A stretch of DNA of 43,265 nucleotides from Octopus bimaculoides (taxonomy: Eukaryota). Where the stretch lies: contig NC_068982.1 in assembly GCF_001194135.2 (NCBI RefSeq), forward strand, positions 112,105,810 through 112,149,074, given 5' to 3'. Positions 1 through 10,238 of the stretch are shown here, one piece after another. The first letter of the stretch is position 1, and each line of letters begins with the position of its first letter. The notes below the pieces were generated by a model. The model made no database searches. It was not told the DNA's origin and saw only the letters and a list, made by a program, of their open reading frames with translations. The position numbers were made by a program, and so were the translations under genes.

Positions 1-738
1 TATATATATATATATATATATATATATGTAAGTATATACATACATATATACATACATATATACATACACGCACATACACATATACACATTACATACATCG
101 TACATGCATACATATATACGTAACATAACATACATACATATATAGATAGATATGCTATTTACATGCTTTTATCTTTGTCTTGTTTTCCTACGGAACTATT
201 TTCAATAGATTTTCTATTTCAGCTTTATATCTTTATATCTCCAAGGAACATTCGCTAAAACTACACATACACATGCATAGTCACACATAAACGCACAGAT
301 TCGTACAGAAATCCACCACACACACACAAACACACACACACAAACACACACACTCCCAGACACATACGCCGGGAGTGTAAAAAAAAAAAATTGCAAATTA
401 AACAATATACTCTAAGTGAAAGAAAAGCAATCATCTTACCCAGGGTCGGCTGTTGCGGCCGCTGCAATTGATAGTCGCCTCTTCATTTAGTCGAGAAATA
501 TTAAATACACTTTGTAATAACATAACCATTCGCAAGTGTGCACGAGGTTATTCCTAACCGAAAATGCATTTGTCTCTTAGGTCCATACAATAGGCATAAC
601 CAGGAAAGGAATGCTGGTACAATCACTACCATAGTCACTGGCAAATGTGAGTAGTGTGTTTTTCCTACGAAACAGGGCTGAATGGATTGCCAGCATTAGA
701 ATTTCACATTGATAATTTCTCCGCTAATAATACATTTA

Positions 739-796
<58 letters not shown>
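739..796. repeat. (CA)n microsatellite
   Basis: Direct reading; abuts gap. Confidence 0.95.
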
Positions 797-1577
797 NNNN
801 NNNNNNNNNNNNNNNNNNNNNNNNNNNNNNNNNNNNNNNNNNNNNNNNNNNNNNNNNNNNNNNNNNNNNNNNNNNNNNNNNNNNNNNNNNNNNNNNNNNN
901 NNNNNNNNNNNNNNNNNNNNNNNNNNNNNNNNNNNNNNNNNNNNNNNNNNNNNNNNNNNNNNNNNNNNNNNNNNNNNNNNNNNNNNNNNNNNNNNNNNNN
1001 NNNNNNNNNNNNNNNNNNNNNNNNNNNNNNNNNNNNNNNNNNNNNNNNNNNNNNNNNNNNNNNNNNNNNNNNNNNNNNNNNNNNNNNNNNNNNNNNNNNN
1101 NNNNNNNNNNNNNNNNNNNNNNNNNNNNNNNNNNNNNNNNNNNNNNNNNNNNNNNNNNNNNNNNNNNNNNNNNNNNNNNNNNNNNNNNNNNNNNNNNNNN
1201 NNATATATATATATATATATACTGTACTTTCTCCTATAAGGTGAAATGTAGGTGAGTAACGAAGGAGGAGGAGATATACAAATACATTCATTCATCCATA
1301 TATGTACATATATATATATATACATATATATATGTGTGTATATATATATGTGTGTATGTAAGTATGTATGTATGTATATAATCGAAGCCAGTAAATCAGA
1401 GCAGGATTATATTTCCATATAGCCTATGGGCACGGATTTTCAACTTTCATACAGCCATCATATTAGCTCGTAGGTGCGTTTCTCACTAAAAACAACTATA
1501 AAATACTTCTCACTTCGACATTTACTCACTCATTTCTCCTTTTGTTAGTGTTCAGTTTCTCATGCACTTATTCTCTT

Positions 1578-1620
<43 letters not shown>

Positions 1621-1781
1621 ATCTATCTCTTTCCTTCTCTTTATCGTTCGCTTACACACTGATGCATATGCATGCTTCGAAGTACATAGTCACACTAAAA
1701 TCAGCACAAACACACACGCACACATATCCGTTTATCTGCTACGTACTCGTACTCGCACACAACGCCGCTCAAACACGCACA

Positions 1782-1822
<41 letters not shown>

Positions 1823-3547
1823 CTGATGCATATTTGATCACGCTTACTAGATTCAGTACGACACTTCTCATATTCATTCACAACCAATATCTGTTCCTCG
1901 TCCCCACCACTACCATACACATTTCTCTCACTTCTTTCTCTTCCACATCGTCCCAACCATTAACGGTTTTTATTTTGCGAAAAAACAAAAACAAAAAAAA
2001 AAACGACTGCATATTAGTTTATATAGTAGTACATGCATGAACACACCTGGAAACATACACGCACGTACAAAGACGCCGCGCGCACAAGTACACTCTCATA
2101 GACTACAAAATCCACACGTACAACATATACGCATACGTAAACTTTACCAAATATTTACGCATGCGTATAAATACAAGCGTCTGTGTGGCTGTGCATGTGA
2201 GTGCCTGTGTGCATGCATGTATATATATATATATATATATATATACCGNNNNNNNNNNNNNNNNNNNNNNNNNNNNNNNNNNNNNNNNNNNNNNNNNNNN
2301 NNNNNNNNNNNNNNNNNNNNNNNNNNNNNNNNNNNNNNNNNNNNNNNNNNNNNNNNNNNNNNNNNNNNNNNNNNNNNNNNNNNNNNNNNNNNNNNNNNNN
2401 NNNNNNNNNNNNNNNNNNNNNNNNNNNNNNNNNNNNNNNNNNNNNNNNNNNNNNNNNNNNNNNNNNNNNNNNNNNNNNNNNNNNNNNNNNNNNNNNNNNN
2501 NNNNNNNNNNNNNNNNNNNNNNNNNNNNNNNNNNNNNNNNNNNNNNNNNNNNNNNNNNNNNNNNNNNNNNNNNNNNNNNNNNNNNNNNNNNNNNNNNNNN
2601 NNNNNNNNNNNNNNNNNNNNNNNNNNNNNNNNNNNNNNNNNNNNNNNNNNNNNNNNNNNNNNNNNNNNNNNNNNNNNNNNNNNNNNNNNNNNNNNNNNNN
2701 NNNNNNNNNNNNNNNNNNNNNNNNNNNNNNNNNNNNNNNNNNNNNNNNNNNNNNNNNNNNNNNNNNNNNNNNNNNNNNNNNNNNNNNNNNNNNNNNNNNN
2801 NNNNNNNNNNNNNNNNNNNNNNNNNNNNNNNNNNNNNNNNNNNNNNNNNAAAAAATATATATGCATGTATACACACATATATGTATATACTTTCATCTAC
2901 ATGTGTATATAGATGCATATCAGGGTAATGGACGTTAGAACAATGAACTACAGACAACGGAACGAACACATAGGAAAACAGAAAGCCACTTGGAATTATT
3001 CATCAGCTGCCTCTATTCTAACTCGACGTTTCGAAGATAATATATATATATATGCCCTCTCGCTAGCAAACACCGCACACTTATATACACTCTTTCACGC
3101 ACGCACATACGCATACACGTCACTCCCCTCCACACACATACATAAACGTATGCACTGGTTTCTACGAGCAATGATAAATCACTCGATGCGTCACCATAGA
3201 GGAGTGCAGTGATTTATTTAGGCTGATCCAGTAACCTATTACTCTGGAATTGTCCCGACATGCAGTTGGTTCCTCAGAAGAATTGCAAGAATATTTATTT
3301 TAAACAAAACTACACGCTTACACATTCAAATCCATCCTTGTGATTGACTAGTACTGTATGCTAATGATGCTCAAAAAAGAATAAGCAAAGTTAACCTGAA
3401 GAGAAATTGTACTCAGAAACTTAATGTGTCTATGTAACTGCAGCGAGACATTTCCTATGACACTGTTACGAATCTGTGATACCATAGAGAAACAGTTTGT
3501 GTAGTTTATCAAACTCCATCCGTTGATACAGAATCGAATGAACATAT

Positions 3548-3749
3548 TAAATATTGGTTTCAATTTAGGAGGAGCGGGTACATCGATTATATCGACCCCA
3601 GTGTTTAACTAGTACTTATTTTATCGATCCCGAAACGATGAAAGGCAAAGTCGACCTCGTCGGAATTTTAGCTCAGAACATAAAGACGGATGAAATACCG
3701 CTAAACATTTTGCTCGGCGTGTTAACTGTTCTGCCACCTCGTCGCCTTA
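3548..3749 (-). mobile_element. tRNA-derived SINE, family A (octopus-type), copy 1
   Basis: Shares GATGAAAGGCAAAGTCGACCTCG..AATTT.AGCTCAGAAC with copies at 3750, 30701, 40968 and 41211; degenerate Pol III A and B boxes on the minus strand. Confidence 0.85.
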
Positions 3750-3956
3750 AATATTGGTTTCAAACTTTGGCACAAGGCCAGCATGTTCGGGGAAGGGGTT
3801 TAGTAGACTACATCGATCCCACTGTTTTATATATCCCAAAAGGATGAAAAGCAAAGTAGGCCTCAGCGGAATTTCAGCTCAGAACTTTAAGACGGACGAA
3901 CTGCCGCTAAGCAGTTTATCCGGCATGTTAACGGTTTTGCCAGCTCGCCACCTTAA
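3750..3956 (-). mobile_element. tRNA-derived SINE family A, copy 2 (directly tandem to copy 1)
   Basis: Same tail (AATATTGGTTTCAAA..TTGGCACAAGGCCAGCA), core and head (GCCAGCTCGCCACCTTAA). Confidence 0.85.
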
Positions 3957-4043
3957 ACACATTAACCATCAAGAATTGCTCCCATATATTTGAATATCAT
4001 AACACCTTCAATAGATTCGAGTTTGAGAATGGAGTATAATAAA

Positions 4044-4181
4044 TAATATCGGTTCCAGTGCTTCCCTAGTATTTAATTTTATTGAACTAGGAAGGATGAA
4101 AAGCAAAGCTGACCTTGCCGGGAATTGAACTCAGAACGTAAGAGACCGTAAATATTCTACCCAACACTCTAACTATTCTGC
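4044..4181 (-). mobile_element. SINE family A, degraded partial copy 3
   Basis: GGATGAAAAGCAAAGCTGACCTTGCCGGGAATTGAACTCAGAACGTAAG matches the family core. Confidence 0.7.
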
Positions 4182-4962
4182 AAAACTTCAACACTCATTA
4201 ACATTGGATTTCATAAAGTGCGTCAGATCTATAGATGTATCCAGTTGTTGTTGCTAGTATTGCTTTTGTTTAACCTAAGACCAGGTATTCATATTCTGTA
4301 ACCGGCAGTTTGTTGTGCCGATGTCTTAACGCCTAACCAATAACGCTTGAATCTATCAAGGCTAGTGTACAGCCACCATGCCTTATATAGTCGAGAAAGA
4401 CAACCTATTCATGAGTTCAGACGCTAGATTATTTATTGAAATCCAGTGTCAGAATGATGTTAATTATAAATATTCCTCCCTAATCAGTAAACGACTAGGA
4501 ATATATATATGACCCATCAATAGATATACTCTTGTAGTTAGATAATATAGAGCAACAATGCAACAATATACGACCTCTTTAAATCAGTATTGTTCTTATG
4601 TTGTCTCTACGGAGATGCTCAAACACGATTCCATTGAATCTACGATTTGTTGAGATGTTAACATAAAAATAATAACACAAAAGAGAAACTAATGCACGAT
4701 TTATTGTATTTTTTATCGAGTGCATTGATCTGATTAATAAAATAAACAAAATGGTGTCTATCCATTATTAAACTGTATCAAGGCTTCAATATGTAGGCAT
4801 GCATATAAAAAACACTCAGGAGGAAGAGCCGATATTGAAGCTAAACACTTAGCAATGTTTGTTATAGGCGATTTTATTGATAGAACTATTGTTCTGTTTT
4901 ATGACTACAGAAATTCAATCGACGTTCTAATTCTTTTGCCTTATTAATTTAACACCTGCCCC

Positions 4963-4965
<3 letters not shown>

Positions 4966-5029
<64 letters not shown>
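4966..5029. repeat. Compound (TA)n(GA)n microsatellite
   Basis: Direct reading. Confidence 0.95.
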
Positions 5030-5031
<2 letters not shown>

Positions 5032-5760
5032 TGTACCAAAACCAAACATTTGTATACCTAGCACGTGTTTTCTATAATAAGTTTACATATCTATCTGTAT
5101 TCGTTGAAACTGCTTAAAATACATGCAAGTACATTACTGTATTGATCCGGGCCTAGTTCTCTTAAAACAATCTCTAAATAGTATAACTAGTATATCGATC
5201 AGTTCCTTTAAGTTCTTCAAAATGGTATGATGGCATATCTGTGCGTTACTCTATCGATTAGTTTCCAGTTAAATTCTTTAAATAGTATAGCTAGGTAATA
5301 ATATATCGATTATTTTTACTTTCTACTAAATCTTAAAATGTTATGTTATTACGTATACGATTTCTTTAGATCTCTTGGATTCTTGAGATGGTATAATTGT
5401 TTGTTTCAGTGAATACTCCAGTAAGTATTGGATCGATTAAATGTTTAAGAAATTATACAGCAATTAAAATAATTTGCGATAAAAGAGTAGTAGTAACTGT
5501 AGTTGTCTTCATTTAGCCACAACCCCGATTTTGCAGACTCATGTCCAAAATATCTTTTTTCCCAGACTATTATATGTAGGACTGCATTATCTAATTTGTT
5601 CCTTATCCACTATTTTCTTTAAGTTGTTACTCCAGGGTGTTATTTGAGGGACAGTTGATAGCTTTTTTTTAAAGTAGAAGCTACAGTATATTTGAAAAAG
5701 CTGAAGAATGTTTGTCTGTCTTGAATTTATGAGCCTCTTCCAGGCCAAATATAATAGAGT

Positions 5761-5927
5761 AAAGAAGTGATTTTAAATTCTCAATCGCAGGATAATGCTA
5801 ATAATATAGCCTGAACAGGATAAACTACCTCTATTTTGCAGAAAAAAGTGTAGGTGGTCGTAGTTTATCCTGTTCAGGCTATATTATTAGCATTATCCTG
5901 CGATTGAGAAATTAAAATCACTTCTTT
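5761..5927. repeat. Long inverted repeat/foldback: 68-bp arms, 31-nt loop
   Basis: 5761-5828 versus 5860-5927 reverse complement, one mismatch. Confidence 0.95.
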
Positions 5928-6411
5928 AACTTTCTAAGACATCTCAACGCTTCTAAAAGCAAACTTCGTTTATTTGTTTACGTTTATCGTAATTTGAATT
6001 TAACATATAATAGAGTAAATCTTATGATAAAGGGATTTTAGTGGTGATCGTTTCACATTTTCAAGTTTATGTAGAACTACATTAATATACATTGGCTTTA
6101 AGACGGTAGGGTGTGATCTGGGAGAGATTTGACTTTTATTCCTAGCAGGTGGGACGATCACCTAGATGGTCTTATGTACATTCCATTTCTCCATCAATTT
6201 ACATTTGAAGAAAAATTAAAATTTTTATCAATTCTCCATAAGTAACATTGATAGTTATGACATTACTTGTAACTTTAAATATGGCTAATCCTTTAAGTAA
6301 AATTTCTATGTATTATGTGATTTGTCGAACAATGAAAAATAATAGTTACTATACAACATCAATGAAATATTTTTACATGTCTTGAAGCTACATCAAAAAC
6401 AACCTCCATAC

Positions 6412-6548
<137 letters not shown>

Positions 6549-7164
6549 NNNNNNNNNNNNNNNNNNNNNNNNNNNNNNNNNNNNNNNNNNNNNNNNNNNN
6601 NNNNNNNNNNNNNNNNNNNNNNNNNNNNNNNNNNNNNNNNNNNNNNNNNNNNNNNNNNNNNNNNNNNNNNNNNNNNNNNNNNNNNNNNNNNNNNNNNNNN
6701 NNNNNNNNNNNNNNNNNNNNNNNNNNNNNNNNNNNNNNNNNNNNNNNNNNNNNNNNNNNNNNNNNNNNNNNNNNNNNNNNNNNNNNNNNNNNNNNNNNNN
6801 NNNNNNNNNNNNNNNNNNNNNNNNNNNNNNNNNNNNNNNNNNNNNNNNNNNNNNNNNNNNNNNNNNNNNNNNNNNNNNNNNNNNNNNNNNNNNNNNNNNN
6901 NNNNNNNNNNNNNNNNNNNNNNNNNNNNNNNNNNNNNNNNNNNNNNNNNNNNNNNNNNNNNNNNNNNNNNNNNNNNNNNNNNNNNNNNNNNNNNNNNNNN
7001 NNNNNNNNNNNNNNNNNNNNNNNNNNNNNNNNNNNNNNNNNNNNNNNNNNNNNNNNNNNNNNNNNNNNNNNNNNNNNNNNNNNNNNNNNNNNNNNNNNNN
7101 NNNNNNNNNNNNNNNNNNNNNNNNNNNNNNNNNNNNNNNNNNNNNNNNNNNNNNNNNNNNNNNN

Positions 7165-7196
<32 letters not shown>

Positions 7197-7687
7197 CATA
7201 CATATATGTGTGTGTGTGAGTGTGTGTATTATTTGTCTACATTATACTTTCTGTGACCCCACTCGTGTTCTTCGTTCATTCATTTGTTCTTCCGTCGCTA
7301 TCTCTCCCAGTTTCTCTCTCCCAATCATCCTCTCCTTCTTTCGCGTTCCTTCTTTCCTCCTTTCTACCAGTTATTTGTTGTTTTTCTTTCTTGCCCCGTG
7401 TCTGTTACTAATTGCTGTGCAATTTTACCATAATCCATCTTCTACACATGCTGTCTCTTTTAGAACCCGTCCACAATTCAACGCAACTCATTCCCCGCAA
7501 TCTTATCTTTCTTCTTTTTATGTTAAAGTACTTATGACGAAAACCAACAACATCATTTCATTCTTTGCTACTTCTATGAATACTGTCAGCTAATCTCTTC
7601 TGTTTCACTTCAATCGAAAGTCTATAAATGTCTGTTTAGTACACCTGTTACTTGTCCATTTTTTCTGGTAACGTTATATATATATAT

Positions 7688-8012
7688 TCTGGCGACATTA
7701 TAACTTCATTCATCTTCCCACACGGCCTCAGACACACCACGGAGGTCTGGAGGCCACAGAGTGCTGCCCTGGGTGAAGAGGGTGGCTGCCGGAAGACTCT
7801 GTGTCTCGCAACACGACACTGCACCATGCCACACAAATAGGAGAACCCAGTCATGGCTGTCAGACAATTTCTGCGACCACATCACCCCTAACATCTGGCC
7901 ACCTGACTCCCCAGACGGCAACCGCCTTCATTATTATATGTGGAGCGCAGAGCCCAACAAAACTTGTAACACGATAATGAACTGAAGGCAAGGATTATGG
8001 CACCATTCACCA
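7688..8012 (+). mobile_element. Tc1/mariner maT (DD37D) transposase remnant, catalytic C-terminal part
   Basis: Translation FIFPHGLR...VLPWVKRVAAGR...QHDTAPCH...WPPDSPDGNRLHYY...ELKARIMA. The second catalytic Asp (7815-7817) is followed by exactly 37 residues before the third catalytic position (7929-7931, now CAT/His). Cut by the gap at 8013. Confidence 0.85.
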
Positions 8013-8669
8013 NNNNNNNNNNNNNNNNNNNNNNNNNNNNNNNNNNNNNNNNNNNNNNNNNNNNNNNNNNNNNNNNNNNNNNNNNNNNNNNNNNNNNNNN
8101 NNNNNNNNNNNNNNNNNNNNNNNNNNNNNNNNNNNNNNNNNNNNNNNNNNNNNNNNNNNNNNNNNNNNNNNNNNNNNNNNNNNNNNNNNNNNNNNNNNNN
8201 NNNNNNNNNNNNNNNNNNNNNNNNNNNNNNNNNNNNNNNNNNNNNNNNNNNNNNNNNNNNNNNNNNNNNNNNNNNNNNNNNNNNNNNNNNNNNNNNNNNN
8301 NNNNNNNNNNNNNNNNNNNNNNNNNNNNNNNNNNNNNNNNNNNNNNNNNNNNNNNNNNNNNNNNNNNNNNNNNNNNNNNNNNNNNNNNNNNNNNNNNNNN
8401 NNNNNNNNNNNNNNNNNNNNNNNNNNNNNNNNNNNNNNNNNNNNNNNNNNNNNNNNNNNNNNNNNNNNNNNNNNNNNNNNNNNNNNNNNNNNNNNNNNNN
8501 NNNNNNNNNNNNNNNNNNNNNNNNNNNNNNNNNNNNNNNNNNNNNNNNNNNNNNNNNNNNNNNNNNNNNNNNNNNNNNNNNNNNNNNNNNNNNNNNNNNN
8601 NNNNNNNNNNNNNNNNNNNNNNNNNNNNNNNNNNNNNNNNNNNNNNNNNNNNNNNNNNNNNNNNNNNNN

Positions 8670-8700
<31 letters not shown>

Positions 8701-8703
<3 letters not shown>

Positions 8704-9889
8704 GTCTGAGTGTTGGGTCCTTTGGGTGCTTGGATAAGATGCGGATATCAAGTTGACCCAGATTGCCTCCATGCTGGTGCTTGGCATGTTGGTAGAGTAT
8801 GGAGGACTGTTATTTTTTTCGTCATATTGTCCCAAATGTTCATTTAGTCGTTCCGCAATTCTTCTAGATGTCTCCACTATGTATGTCATGTTCATGTCTT
8901 TACAAGCACCTTCTATGCATCTTATGCTGTAAACTACATTTCTAGTTCTACAGTTGATGCCAGGGCAAATTCTACATGCCATGCAGTTATCATTGGTGCA
9001 TATGGTATACTCAAAGGGGTACGTCCTACATAGTTGTGATATGACAGAGTTCTCTGGCTTTTCAACAGTCTTAATGCTGAGTTTGGTCTCCTTCAGTGAT
9101 TTTCTAAATCTACGGGCTAGTTCTCCATGGGCTGTGGCCTCTACAAATATCACTCCTTGATTTTTGTAAGTTTTATACCATGTGTTTGCCCTGTTTGCTT
9201 TGTCACAAGTTCTTTTTATCCTATTCTAGCGTTTGTTTCTATATCTAGGGTAGGTACCACTGGTATCATTACGTATAATGTTATCTAATTTCTTTCTAGC
9301 ACCCCTGTATATTCGAACCCTATTTTTCTGATCATATCCAGAGAACTACATGCAGTGCATGAAGCTCTGCATATGTCTTTTTCATTTCATAAGGTTCGCA
9401 TAGTCGGGACACGTTGTTCATTATCCTAACTAAGTCTTCTATCAGTATATTAATTTTTATGTTGTGTGACAAAGCTGAGTCCTTGTAAACAACATATTTT
9501 GAAGCTATAGATTTCATGTAATAGAAGTAGGGGAGCTGCACACTATTGTTCACAGTCTATAACCAAAGTTCAATATCAAGTATAGGGAGTCTATTGTTGG
9601 AGTGCTTAGTGGGGTAATCTATAGTTACCTTGATACTTTGCTAGATGGAGTTAGCTACTTGCTGGATGCTTTCCATTCCATTCTTCTCAGTTTCTACACT
9701 ACCGATACTAGAGTTGGTCCTAACTATGATAGTAATGCCATCTACATATCTACTATAGAGTAGAAGAGTTGTAGACTGTTCTGCTAACATTTGCTTAAGT
9801 TTTCTGTCCTACTAGATCATGAAGAGGCCGGCTACATCTTCAGCTACACTGACACCGATGGCTGCACCTTGAACCTGCATGTATAGTGT
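8701..9889 (-). mobile_element. Decayed Penelope-like retroelement (PLE), 5'-truncated: RT C-terminal half, thumb/linker and C-terminal GIY-YIG endonuclease
   Basis: Manual minus-strand translation gives YMQVQGAAIGVSVAEDVAGLFMI**DR...YSRYVDG (RT; YVDD changed to YVDG at 9737-9748)...TIDYPTKHSNNRLPILDIELW...M*FSGY...YRNKR*NR...WYK...VIFVEAT, then C-x-x-C-x-x-C...NVVYSIRC...YIVETSRRIAERLNEH (GIY-YIG). After a frameshift: SILYQHAKHQHGG...DPTLRQ. Six stops and two frameshifts. Confidence 0.92.
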
Positions 9890-9938
9890 TTTTTTTATTA
9901 AACTTTTCTATGTGGTTCTTCAAGGTGGTTTTTTTGGT

Positions 9939-10238
9939 CACAACAGAATATGCTTCAACACAAGAACTCGCATAAAGAATCTTGCAAACCAAATCCCAAA
10001 ACGAAATATCTATATCTATATATATATATATATATATATATTGGACTCAACAGAATATATAACTATAAAACATACTGAAAATAAAAAAAAAGAAATAAGT
10101 GAGTGTGTTAAATTATATAGCACCAAAAGAGAATGACTCTCCCCAGACACAACAGAATATGCTTCAACACAAGAACTCGCATAAAGAATCTTGCAAACCA
10201 AATCCCAAAACGAAATATCTATATCTATATATATATAT
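9939..10238. repeat. Perfect ~91-bp direct repeat (9939-10029 and 10148-10238)
   Basis: CACAACAGAATATGCTTC...CGAAATATCTATATCTATATATATATAT occurs twice, offset 209. Confidence 0.9.

Noticed and set aside
581-646. Exon-like segment (AG|...|GTGAGT), and similar micro-exon candidates at 1241-1251 and 14042-14061
   Set aside because: Splice-like motifs alone are common, and they could not be chained into a coherent or recognisable protein.
2995-3040. Type II hammerhead candidate on the minus strand (GAAACGTCG...CTGATGA)
   Set aside because: No G10.1-C11.1 pair and no stem III.
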